DNA of 63,853 nucleotides, the filler included, from Folioceros fuciformis (Eukaryota): NCBI GenBank assembly GCA_049999805.1. It is 24 parts of 24 records of this genome, joined end to end, with 100 filler letters (N's around TTAATTAATTAA, not from the genome) between each part and the next. Parts side by side here need not be neighbours in the genome. Positions count along the whole stretch, not along the records: positions 9,987 to 12,651 come from JBNGIO010007001.1; positions 12,752 to 17,782 come from JBNGIO010007002.1; positions 17,883 to 20,919 come from JBNGIO010007003.1; positions 21,020 to 22,280 come from JBNGIO010007004.1; positions 22,381 to 23,976 come from JBNGIO010007005.1; 19 more parts are not named here. One strand, written 5' to 3'. Of this stretch, positions 12,368 through 24,076 are shown piece by piece. The position numbers and the translations under genes were made by a program. The notes beneath the pieces were generated by a model. It was not told the DNA's origin, did not search any database, and was given only the letters and a program-made list of their open reading frames with translations. Within the stretch, counting starts at the first letter, position 1. Each line of letters starts with the position of its first letter.

Positions 12368-12651
12368 ACTAATTTGGAAATCATGTGTGAAGCGTACCTA
12401 ATTTGGAAATCATGTGTGAAGCGTACCTTATCAATGTCCGCTTTCCTCAGAAAATAGAAGTGTGTAAATTCGCTCAGCAAATAGAAGTGTGTAAATTCGC
12501 TCAGCAATAACCATCGACCTTCTCAAACCCTCGAGTTGCAGTAGACAGCACTTTTGGAGGGTGGTGCGATGCCATATGACTGGAGCAAAAGGCACTCAGA
12601 AAACAGAAGTGTGTAAATTCGCTCAGCAATAACCATCGACCTTCTCAAACC
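12368..12651. repeat. Short direct duplications
   Basis: ctaatttggaaatcatgtgtgaagcgtac x2; agaagtgtgtaaattcgctcagcaa x3. Confidence 0.8.
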
Positions 12652-12944
12652 NNNNNNNNNNNNNNNNNNNNNNNNNNNNNNNNNNNNNNNNNNNNTTAAT
12701 TAATTAANNNNNNNNNNNNNNNNNNNNNNNNNNNNNNNNNNNNNNNNNNNNAAGCCAACAAGCCTCGCTATGTCCCTGTCTCCCAGATAACCTAATCAAC
12801 CCAACAAACCCTATGTTCTGAAATCTACCCTTCTTTTGTTACAAATAAGATGGATCTACTAGCCTATCTATTACCATCTAGTGTCTATAGTCTTCCACTA
12901 GCCTTTTAGCCTATTGTCGCTGTAAAAACCATATCAACCGATGC

Positions 12945-13200
12945 ATAGAGCTACTGCAAGTATAGTATTGATTTATGTCATATCAACTGATGTATAGAGC
13001 TATTGCAAGTATAGCATTGATCTATGTCCTAGGTTATTGAGCTACTGTAATGATAATATTGATCTATGTCCTAGGTTATTGAGCTATTGGAATGATAGTA
13101 TTTATCTATGTCCTAGGTTATTGAGCTAGTGTAATGATAGTGTAATTGGGCTATTTTAATGATAGTATGGATTTCGAAGGATAATATTGATCTATTTCCT
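12945..13200. repeat. ~42-bp degenerate tandem repeat in the leader of orphan unit 1
   Basis: gagctactgtaatgataatattgatctatgtcctaggttatt-like units, about 5-6 copies. Confidence 0.75.
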
Positions 13201-13958
13201 AGACCATTGTCAAGGAATCCTTAAATAATTTCCTTCCACAACCTCTTGCTAAGGGAGAGACTATGCCCTTTGTAAGGTGGCCTATAGAGTCATTGTAGAA
13301 GGGCAAGGACAACAAAATTGAGTTAGATGCCCTTGCATTGTTTTCAATATTCCTTCAAACTTAGGTTGAGCTAAGTTCATGAGGTATCTAGTAAGGCTAG
13401 CTAGAACCTAATGACATGCTTTCATATTCTAAGTTGGGTCAAGTGCTAGGTTATTAAAACGCTTTCTTATACTACCTTGGATGGAACTTGCAGCTCCTGT
13501 AGAACTAACTTCATTGTTCTCTTCAGTAAGGTTGTTGGGAAACTTAATTAGTGAGATTCTTCATTTCTAAAGTTGGATCAAATTTGTGATCATCACAAGG
13601 CTTTTTCTAACCCAAGTTGGCTTGGTGTAGAGTATTGCCTGTTACAAGGACCTTCATAATTTGACTTGGCCCAAGTGCTTGACAAGGGGCTTGTCCTAAC
13701 CTAAGTTGGCTCAATCGCTTTGAAAGGCTGGTTAGAACCTAAGTTTGCCTTGGAGTGCATTAGGCTACCGTAAGGCTAGTTCTAGCCTTCATATGTTTTG
13801 TTCAGTAATGTATCTTTCATGCTAAAGGGCTAGAGGGCTAGATGGTCATTGTTATCACAAGTACTTACGGTCCCGTGTAACTCACATCCTACTCACTTGA
13901 ATTCAATTTTCTCACATTGTGTGCCCTTTCCTAGTTCTGGACCCTAGATATATTACAC

Positions 13959-14832
13959 ATGGATGGTCTTGATCCTTCAATACAAGTACTACGTATTGAG
14001 TGCAGCATGGATGGTCTTGATCCTTCAATACAAGCACTACGTATTGAGTACAAGTATGTGAAAGAGCTCATATTTCAAAGAATTGAAATGCAATCCAAGA
14101 TCACCAAACTAGAAGAGGAGGAGAAGGACCTCATACCTGGTATAAAATTTTTGTTAAAAATCAATGAGCGTCGCATGCGAGGTGAACCCCCAATAGTTCA
14201 AGAACGTACTTCAATGATCTCATGGCTTATACAACACTTTCCTCACTTCTTTGAGCTAAGCTTCATATTAGGAAAGCGAAAGGTATAACAACCCAACCCT
14301 CACGCAATCAAACTTCATGAACTCACAACAAAGTACTCACAATACTAATACATACATAACTACTTTTGATGACCAGCATGCACAAGATGGCAATGATATA
14401 TATCAAGAGTTGATGAAGAGGGCAGCTGTCATTCTTAAACAAAAAGCTATACTTAAACGACGTTTGAGTCTAGTTGAAGAATTTCTAGCTGCATTCTATG
14501 CTCATGAGACAGATTTACACAATTGTGTGAATGAAATCAAAGCTGCTATACTTCGTGACAATGGGCTTCAAAACACTTTTGTTCCAAGCAATAAAGTAAC
14601 AATCCACAAAAATATGATACACATGTACCAGACTTTCAGAGCTGTAGCAATTATCAATGACGATATGAACATGTACACCACAATGTGTGATGTACTTCAA
14701 GCCATATTTAGAGGTGAATATTCAATTCACATCAAATATTCCAATCCCATTGAGTTTTCACTTTCCTATACCAGTATCAAGCAAGTACTACATCTACAAT
14801 CTTCTAAGATATACCCAAGCTCCTTTTCATAA
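13959..14832 (+). CDS. Orphan helical/coiled-coil protein, copy 1 (predicted exons 13959-14282 + 14377-14832)
   Basis: Two ORFs, each homologous to the ORFs at 16514-17418. Donor AAG|GTATAA and in-frame acceptor gaccag|. No stops inside the homologous region. Confidence 0.55.
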
Positions 14833-16513
14833 AAAAATGTACATAGAAGCAAGCATTTTACTCCCTAGGTCCTCATGTATAGTAAGAATAAATTGTTAGT
14901 ACTTTTTACTTCAAAAACTTCTCCATACATAATAGTACTACTTGCTAAGCATGGAACTACTTGTTAATATAAAATTATTATTTTTTAAAATAATTAAAAA
15001 GAACTAAACAAGGGTTTGATGTATAGTTGTGGTTTATCAACCTAATCTCAGTTTTCTAGCAATATGTAACTAGTTGTGTGTGCTATCTACGACTTCAACC
15101 ATTTTTCTATCCTTGAAATTTTGTTAATGAGCTTTCTTAATTGATAGTATTTTTAATTTCTAATAAGTATATTATTTATATTATGTATTTTATATTGTAT
15201 AATTAATTTCTCCATAATTAAATATAATATTACACAAACCATACCAAACTATGGTTGAACATGTTGAACCATAATTGCCCATTGCTAAAGCTCATTAGGC
15301 CATGGCACAAGAGTAGAGCCAGTTACTCAACCATAATCACTGAACAATTTACTCTAAAATATTCATAACATTGATTTGATGTCATTTGCAAATAAACATC
15401 CTTTCAGTGTAGAGCCGTTGTCCTCTACTGGCTCTTAAAGACTATTTTATTTATTTATTTATTTATGTATTTTCATTACACGTAAAATCCTAGATACAGA
15501 TAGTGAAGTGATCTAACGCGTACTAAATAATGAATGTAGTACATCACTTACATCACATAACTAGTAGTTTCTAGAATCTTCTAGCTCTTTGTTATAAATA
15601 AGAGGGATCCACTAGCCTATCCATTATCATGTACTGCCTATTGTCATTCACTAGCCTATTAGCCTATTGTCACTGTACGAATCATATCAATGGATGTATT
15701 GAGCTATTGTGATGACAGTATTCAGCTATGTCCCATGTTATTGTTGAAGGATAGTATTATCTATATCCGAGGCTATTGCGGGAATGATTACACTACTTGG
15801 GCATACAAATTTTTGTTAAGGGAAAGAAGATGCTCTTTGTAATGTGGCCTTTGGAATTATTGTAGGGGAACAAGCACAACAAAGTTGAGTTGAGTTGAGT
15901 ACCCTTGCATTGTTTGTAAGATTCTGCTAACCATAAGTTGAGCTAATTTCGTGTGTTACCTAGTAAGGCTAGCTAAAACTTTGTGACATTCTTTTATATT
16001 CTAAGTTGTGTGAAGTTCTAGGTCATCGAAAGGCTCTCCAATCCTAAGTTGAATGAAACTTGTAGCTACTACAGGACTCTCCGATCCTAAGTTGAATGAA
16101 ACTTGTAGCTACTACAGGGCTAACTTCATTATTCTCTCTAGTGCAGTTGTTGGGAGTCTTGGTGATATTCTTCATATCATCTAAAGTTGGATCAAGTTCT
16201 TGGTCATCAAATGCTTTAAAAGCCTTGTCCTGACCTAAGCTGGCAGTGAATTGATTACTATAAGGTTCCTTATAATCTAAGTTGGTTCAAATGCTTTGAA
16301 AGGCTTTCTCAAACCTAAGTTGGATTTGAGCACATTGAGCTACCATAAGGCTTGTTCTAGCCTTTACATATAAGGGCTAGGTGGTCATTGTGCCCTTAAT
16401 GGTAAGTGTTGTCACAAGTGCATTCCCTTGCAACCCACATCCTACTCAATCAAATTCAATTCTCCACTATTGTGTCCCCCTTCCTAGTTTTGGGACCCAA
16501 CTACATTACGAAC

Positions 16514-17418
16514 ATGGATGGTCAAAATTCTTCAATCCGACAAGTACATATTCAATACGGTTATGTGAATGACCTTAGAGCTCAAAGAAATCACATGCAA
16601 TGGACGATTAGGAAGCTACAAGAGGAGGAAAATGACATAGCAAATAGCATGAAGTCTTGTCACGATCTTCTTGAACGTGAACTAAGAGGTGAACCCCAAA
16701 AATTCGAAGAATATCATTCAGTCATCTCCTATTTCTCAAAACACATGCCTCAATACTTCAACGAAGTCTTGTTGAAAAAGAAGGTATAAGAACTGAACCT
16801 CAATAGAAGCAAACTTCATGCTCAAAACAAAGCACTCGCAATAACAATGCAAATATAATCAACTCTAATCACGATGATGTTGAACATATAATCCTTAGAG
16901 AATCATCATTCATGAAGAATACATTCATTTGCTTCACTATACCTAACCTTGTGATTTGTCATGTACAGAACGCTAGTAATCTCCATTTGATCATGATGGA
17001 TAGGGCAGCGTTTATGCATAAACAGAAAGCTATGCTTACACAACGGTTGGGTCTAGTTCAAGAATTTCTAGATGCATTTGATGTTCATGAGCAAGATTTT
17101 CTTAGCTGTGTGAATGAAATCAATGCTGCTATACTTCGTGATGGTGTGCTTCAAAACACTTTTGTTCCAAGTAACATCAGAAGACTCCACAAAAATGTGG
17201 TACTTATGTACCAAACTTTCAGAGCCATAGCGATCATCAAGAATGATATGAGAGTATACATTGTACTGTGTGATGTGCTTCAAGCTCTATATACGGGGGA
17301 ATATTCACTTTGCATAAAACATTTTAGTCCCATCAAGTGTTCAGTGTGCTATACTAGTACTAATAGAATAGTACATCTACAACCAAACAGAATGATAGAT
17401 ATAAGGGTTTTTTCGTAA
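16514..17418 (+). CDS. Orphan helical/coiled-coil protein, copy 2 (predicted exons 16514-16783 + 16969-17418)
   Basis: Donor AAG|GTATAA, branch-like cctaac and acceptor tttgtcatgtacag| give a phase-0 in-frame join. Aligns to copy 1 (ER..RGEP; CVNEI.AAILRD..LQNTFVPSN; MYQTFRA.AII; CDVLQA). Confidence 0.6.
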
Positions 17419-17882
17419 ACAAAGAGAAAAAGTTTGCACTCCTGCTTTAAATGGTATTAAGAATTTTACGCTCTAAATCCTTGTTATATTTGTTAAGAGT
17501 CCATTGTTAATACCTTTGACTTCACCTATACTATTTACTATTTATCCTCTTTGACGAAGACTTTCACACTTGGATTTGAATCCTACTACTACATGTGATT
17601 GATAGATTAAGAAACTTCAAGCCATGTAACTTCATGTATTTTATTCCAAATAATTTTTATGTGTATATGGTCTGGTCATGGAGTGGACTGACATGTAAGA
17701 AATAATAAATGTACTACACAATTTACACCGTGTAACTAGCATTCTTTGAAATTCAGTAACCTTTTGTTATGAAGAGTATTTTNNNNNNNNNNNNNNNNNN
17801 NNNNNNNNNNNNNNNNNNNNNNNNNNTTAATTAATTAANNNNNNNNNNNNNNNNNNNNNNNNNNNNNNNNNNNNNNNNNNNN

Positions 17883-18891
17883 GCTAATCCGCTGGCACGG
17901 CGGCACGAGCGAGTGCCCGTGCAGCCTTTCTTTGAGTGTCCGGCTGTGGTGAAGGTGACCACAGTGCTCAATGAGACGGAGGTGGACGGGCCTGAATGTC
18001 TCCTCAAGGAGGAAGAGGACAGCTCCGTGGCGTCCTGGCTCTTGCCTAACCCCAAGGTGCTCGATGCTGTGCCTCCGCTGATCAAGTGCGGCGGGCTCGT
18101 TGTGGTGGCGGAGGAGGTCATCAATAGCGCTTGTCTTTCCTCTACTCCATTGCTGGAGCCCGAGTTTCACCAAGTGGCCAAGTCGGAGAAAGAGAGGGCG
18201 AGCGGGAAGGCTAAGAATGAGCATGCTGGCGGAGCTGATTTGTTCTCCGATGTCGATCCGTACTTGGACTTAGACTATGCCTCCGCGATGGGGTCTTTGG
18301 GAGCCGACAGCTTGGTTCCCGTCCATGATCCGGATTCCCTCTCTCCGGCGGAGGGGTCTCATGGCTCTGCTTCCTTGGAGGCTGAGGTTCCTAATTCCAA
18401 GTCTGGCCACAATTATGCGACCGCGTCCTTGTCTCACAGTGTAAGCAGCTTGACGAATACCTGATCGGATTTTGTGCTCTTCGTGCTGTAAACGCTACGG
18501 ATGGAATATTTTTTTGTTGTTGTTGATTCGCGTCTCTTCTCCTATGCTGCAGATGTCATCTTCTTCCCTTGAAGCCGGAGTGGTGCCGGACTCTGGTATG
18601 AGTGAGATGTCCACTTCTTACGATGGAACTCGAGGTATGTTCGACTTCCCCCCTCGCATCATTCGCGTTGGCCAGATGGAGCCGATGGCGCGAGAGGCTA
18701 GAGTTTTGAGATACAAGGAGAAGAGAAAGAACCGCAAGTTTGAGAAGACTATCCGGTACGCATCCAGGAAGGCTTATGCTGAAAGCCGCCCGAGAATAAA
18801 GGGCAGGTTCGCTAAGAGGACAGATTCCGACTTAGAGCAAATGTATTCTCTCGTGCCAGACGGGAGCTTTGGTGTTGTTCCTTCCTTTTAG
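17883..18891 (+). CDS. COL: CONSTANS-like B-box/CCT protein, 5'-truncated (exons <17883-18440, 18553-18891)
   Basis: B-box end [13 protein letters not shown]; middle motifs [15 protein letters not shown] and [19 protein letters not shown] domain [44 protein letters not shown]-terminal FGVVPSF. Confidence 0.95.
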
Positions 18892-19261
18892 ATCCTTCTG
18901 ATCGGCATTTGAGGTAGTGTAGGGTTCACAGTCCTGTTCTGTAAGATGCGGCCGATCTTCCATACCTACCCGATTCCACTCATCCGGAAATTCGACATGA
19001 CGAAGGGTTGATCCTCTTCTCGATCAATAAATTGCGAAAAAGTCGGTTGAACGGATCCCTTAAATTTGACACAACATCTCATAACAACGGAACCTCCCGG
19101 CAAACCAAAAGTACACCGCCACTGTCACAAAACCAAAACCATACACTGAGGCCTGAAAACTGTGGGCTAGATCTCTCAAAACTCCGTCCACAAGTCCGCA
19201 AAACACACACGCTACTGTTAAAACGCCGCAGCTACCCTCGTGACACATAGTCGCAAAACAG

Positions 19262-20421
19262 TTACTTGTTCTTCATTCGTCTCGAGACGTTCGGCGGAAG
19301 TCTCCTTTTCCTGCCTCCCGTTTTCTTGGCCTTGCTGTAGAGGAAACGTTGTGTCAAAGTGTACGCCGCCAACGCTACAATGGACCCAACGATGGCAAGG
19401 AGCATCGGAAACCTAAGGAAGAACTGACAGGCGAAGCGGTACGTTAGACACGAAACCTAGAAGACAACCCGATTTCAATTGACCCGAGTACTGAGCTATT
19501 ATAGCTCAGAGAATTTGTGACCAACCTGCGCAAATTCTGATCTAAGCTGCTGCACACGTGCTAGGAGGCGGTCTTGGAAGGAAGCCTCCTTCGGAACAAC
19601 CTCTGTCGGGAGTGCCTTCCACCCCTCCTGTGCATCAATAGGGCTGAAAAAGTCAGGATCGATTCCTTGTAGCACATGAATAAAAAGGGGTTGGTGGATA
19701 TATGCTTACTCTGATGAAGATAAGAATGTCATCAGCGTCCCAGTTTCCGGCATATATGACCATGCTTCTATCACGGAAAAGCCTGAGCTGTGGCACGACG
19801 TCCACTTCGAAACGCGCGGCCGTCTCTGGACTTTCATCTATGTCTACCTGTACATAGCACATAAGTGTTGCGCCCCGCAAGCTGGACTATCATAAGAGCA
19901 GACCTGAAACGAGAGCTTCGAGCGAAAACCACCGCTGACCTTAGCGAAGATAGGTTGTCCTTCCAGTTCAGCTGCAGCCCTGATCACGACCTCCTCGGCA
20001 TTCCTGCTGGAGGAGGAGCCTTTCTTCGTGAAGAGAACGAGCCTGGAAAACCCTACGTCCGTCACGCGTTTCCAAAACAGCAAGCAATCTAAACCATCAA
20101 GACACAGTTCTCCATGCAGCTGCTCCAGAGGGAAAGGGGGTTCCTGATGGATGAGGAGATATACTGCTGCCATTAGTCAGAGTTCCACCAAGCATGATCC
20201 CAGCTCTCAGCAGAAAGGACTAGATCGCAGTCCAGGAGGTGCAGAAACGTGTACCAGTGACCGGTAGTCTGGCCCGTCCCAGCCTGAGTGTCGTGTTCAA
20301 AATTCCTATCGGTGAGAAGCCGAAGCTCCTCCTGCGGCCCGTAGGCGCCAGAAACAACCAGGACTGCCGCAACAACTGACAGCAACAGAGCTGAAGCTCC
20401 AATGCGGTGCCGTGCCGCCAT
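19262..20421 (-). CDS. Thioredoxin-fold type-I membrane protein (TMX/TXNDC-like) lacking the CxxC motif, 5 exons (20255-20421, 19940-20042, 19710-19847, 19526-19627, 19262-19423), ~223 aa
   Basis: Signal peptide; LTDRNFEHDTQAGTGQTTGHWLVLF; IFAKVDIDESPETAARFEVDVVPQLRLFRD; C-terminal TM helix and basic tail. All introns are GT-AG and in frame. Confidence 0.8.
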
Positions 20422-21019
20422 AGCCGCTGCTCGTCCAGAGCTCCACTACAATCCTCAAGTCAACTACATTCGCCGGCCTGTTAACCAGATATGGAAATGC
20501 GAAGTTCTGTGTGCGTTAAACTTTCGCATTTTCTCCTGCAAAACGTGCGCAGGCTCTTCACATCACTGCTCCTTCTGCCGTTTGCAGTGCCAAGGTGGAA
20601 ACACGTGGAAGTACAGTGGGTACATGGCTAAATACTTTACTTTTCCCAGTAAATGACTATTCATACATGCCTTAGTAGCCTTGCCAGATACGGTAGACCG
20701 GCAACCAGTGTGGAGGCCGCTGGTCTACACCAAGAGCTTGGCACTTGCGAGTTGGCATCGATCTCCGATCCCAATCTGGAGCCCAGGACGGTGTTGTACC
20801 GGTGTATCGGATCTTGAGGTCTCAGCAGCCTCTCGATTAGCAGAGATTGCACCTTTTTGGCCGCTCTGGGTTCAAGAAATTGCTGGATTGTTCGGGAGTC
20901 TACACGGATGGAGCAGGTGNNNNNNNNNNNNNNNNNNNNNNNNNNNNNNNNNNNNNNNNNNNNTTAATTAATTAANNNNNNNNNNNNNNNNNNNNNNNNN
21001 NNNNNNNNNNNNNNNNNNN

Positions 21020-21480
21020 CCGATGGCCAGAGACACCCCCCCTCGAACACGAAGACACCACTTAGAAAGAAAAAGGAACAAAGCCCAAGCGGCCTCATCT
21101 TTGCGATCTACCGCCAGCCGCTCCAAAGAAGGTCGATACGCAAAGCAAACATCATCATGAAGGCGTTGTGGGAGGTGTCAGAACAGACGCGGTCGTAGGA
21201 AGCGTGCGTCAAGTAATGCCAAGAGGTGACTAGATTGAACCGACATCCATTGCCATGATTCCGGAGAAGGGGAATGAAGGTTACCCTCGCCAGCGCCCCT
21301 AGGGGCCACCAAAGAAGAAGAAGAAGCATGTCTAAGTTGGGCCTCCGGCGTAGACCGGTCAAAATCCTTGTGCATCAAATCCATATGATGACGAACGCAA
21401 CAAATGACCCAAGCTATGAATACCTTTCCACATAGAGGACAAGGAGTGTCCTTAGCAGAAGCTGACGAAGTAGGATCCAT
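21020..21480 (-). mobile_element. 5' part of a CRE-like non-LTR retrotransposon ORF (C2H2 finger plus pre-RT region), pseudogenised
   Basis: CPLCGK...HMDLMH finger. Reading through the TGA at 21178 gives PRLF*HLPQRLHDDV...ERLAVDRKDEAAWALFLFLSKWCLRVRGG, resembling the region that precedes the RT in CRE-type ORFs. Confidence 0.5.
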
Positions 21481-22903
21481 GCCCCTTGGTCTACTCCAAA
21501 ACCTACTCACTCCTTGCCTGCTCCGTAACACTCAAAAGTCTAGGATAATAGCACCTTAAAAATAAGAAAACAAAAAAAGGAAAAGATAACGATAAAAATT
21601 ACAAAAAGTCTATACCCTACTACAATGAAGCTCCATGCCCATGGTAATTAGAGAAACCGATCGTTGTTGCCAAGCCCTAACCCTAATAGCTACCTTAAAC
21701 CTAATGGAGACACCACACTCCCGCACCCAAGGGCCATACCCTACACCTTCTGACTCTGCTCCATATTGGCCTTACTCCCGTGCTCCATCACCCCCCCATC
21801 TAGTCCACCACTCCATGGCTTTGCTCCTGCCCAAACTACTCGAAGCCCTAAACCACGGCCCGCTCCCGCTCTCCAAAGTTGCCGAGATCAACTAAATAAT
21901 TTAATTTTGTCTTTAAGATTGCCAAAACGAGACATGAGAGACGATTTGCACGATTTGGATTCGCCGACCAACAGTGGAGCTCATTTAGACAGCGTCGGAT
22001 CTGGCTGAATGCTTTCGAACAGTGCTAAGGGCTGGGCCGGGGAAATGTGGACTATGTCGGACGCGCCGCTCGTGTGTGGGCGGTTTGTAGACGTGCAGAA
22101 GCTTGGAAGAATCAAACCCCAAATTTAGCAATGCATGTGACAGCCCAATCCAGCCCAACCTAGCATCCAGCCTGGCCCGCTGGACGCAAGAGCCGTCACA
22201 TACTCCGGGGGTCACGGACATGGTCGTTCATCGTTGCAGGAGCAGGAGCAGGAGCGATTTGCGTACAGCATGTACAGTGCNNNNNNNNNNNNNNNNNNNN
22301 NNNNNNNNNNNNNNNNNNNNNNNNTTAATTAATTAANNNNNNNNNNNNNNNNNNNNNNNNNNNNNNNNNNNNNNNNNNNNCCCCCACCCACTTCCTCTGC
22401 TTGATGACAACGGGTTTTGGGTGAATGACCTCAGGCTTTGACAAAGTTCCTTGCCAAGCACTTTCAAGACTCCTTCTCCATGACAGGAAAGCATCCTGAA
22501 TGGGAAGCATGGTGGAGGGATGAGTATGGGCTATTCCTCAGTAAGCCCTGTGTCGAACGAAGTCTGTGCTAGATCAAGAGCTCACCCAGTCAAAAGTTCA
22601 TAGGACTCTTCAAAAGACTGTGCAGCACCTGGTCACAAAGGCTCTCAGGCCGGGAAGACCGGGACTGTGGCAGAGTAGTCAGTCAGTCAGTATCTGGAGC
22701 GAGAAGCTGACGGACCACACGATCCGTCCGCTTCACGTTGCATCCATTGAAGAAACAGGTGTGGTGGCATATGCCATAGCCACTCCAGATTCAGAGGTCG
22801 GAGGCTTGCGTTACTGCGGATTTCGTATCGCCCGGTCAAGCAGTGTTCGTCATCCATCGTGACAAAACCGGCCAAAGCAAGCTGCAGCTTGTCTGTTCAC
22901 CGA

Positions 22904-22923
22904 TCTCTCTCTCTCTCTCTCTC
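22904..22923. repeat. (CT)n microsatellite
   Basis: About 10 CT units. Confidence 0.85.
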
Positions 22924-24076
22924 CTTCAATCCCTCTCCATCACCTCACATCATCACCACAGAACCTGTCCTTTACCTTAAGGAATCTTGAGTCTCTCCGG
23001 TCCAGAGTCTGTGGAGCCATATCCACCACTCACACCGACGCACTATCACGGGCCCATCTACTCCCCACCGCACAACTCCCTTACTTACACAGAATCCACG
23101 TTTAAGGTCCTGCAACAGTTCAGTAAGCCAGCATCTCTGTCTCGGCTCCCGTCCCTCCCTTTGTCATGGCGTGAAGCCAAGTCAAGGCTTGCTATTTAAA
23201 AACGGCAAGGAGCCCTCCTATTTCACTCCACAAGTACGCGTGTACGTGGTGAATGGATGACGTCCTCACTGTATCCTACGTTATATTCGAGAGGAATTCC
23301 CTCTCTGTGGCTCTGCTTCCACGATCCTCTCCAGACCGTGCCATACCAGACACACTCCTTCTGCTTCTGAACTTTTGAGTCCATAACATGCTGCATCCTG
23401 CATTTTGGTCTACTTGCCAGATGTAGACTCCATCCCGTCATGATCACAGGCCCGCTCACGGACAAACCTACCTTCCTCGTGCCCTCCTCCCTAACCTCGG
23501 CCTCGGCCTCTGCGAAACCTGTGACTCGCGGATGGACTGACCAAACCCCAACAAACACGTCCCACAGCATCTCCAGCAGTATCACAGGCTACAGCCATTG
23601 TCCACAAGAAGGAGGCTCGCTCTCATCAGGTACAGAACAAGGTTCCTTCAATCTGTGCCAGAGGATCCATCACACACAGAGTGTTGTGTTCCCCCAATCC
23701 AAATACAGAACTTTTGACCACAAAATGTACGGTGAAATATGCATATGTACACTGCATGTCACGGCACTCGCCCCAGAATGGATGCTTGCTCCAGCTCCTG
23801 CCTTTCGCCCTAACTGTTTCTGACAATTTCCTGGAAAGACCGTTCTGTGTTTCCCGACACTGGAGAGGCAGGGACTCTTTAACGTGGTCCACGTTCCCTG
23901 CTTTCCTCCTGTCAGGCCGTTCCTCCAACTTGCAAAATTACATACTGTTTGTGTACATATAGTCCTGAATCCTGCCNNNNNNNNNNNNNNNNNNNNNNNN
24001 NNNNNNNNNNNNNNNNNNNNTTAATTAATTAANNNNNNNNNNNNNNNNNNNNNNNNNNNNNNNNNNNNNNNNNNNN

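Noticed and set aside
12453..12651. Three agaagtgtgtaaattcgctcagcaa copies as a mini-CRISPR
   Set aside because: Spacing is irregular (adjacent, then ~95 bp) and the downstream flank is also duplicated, so this is simple local duplication.
19491..19509. Perfect palindrome ctgagctat-t-atagctcag in an intron
   Set aside because: A single 9-bp-arm palindrome in 64 kb is not remarkable and has no supporting context.
22381..23976. ORFs and a possible miRNA or lncRNA locus in contig 8
   Set aside because: No recognisable domain, conserved miRNA sequence or convincing hairpin seen.
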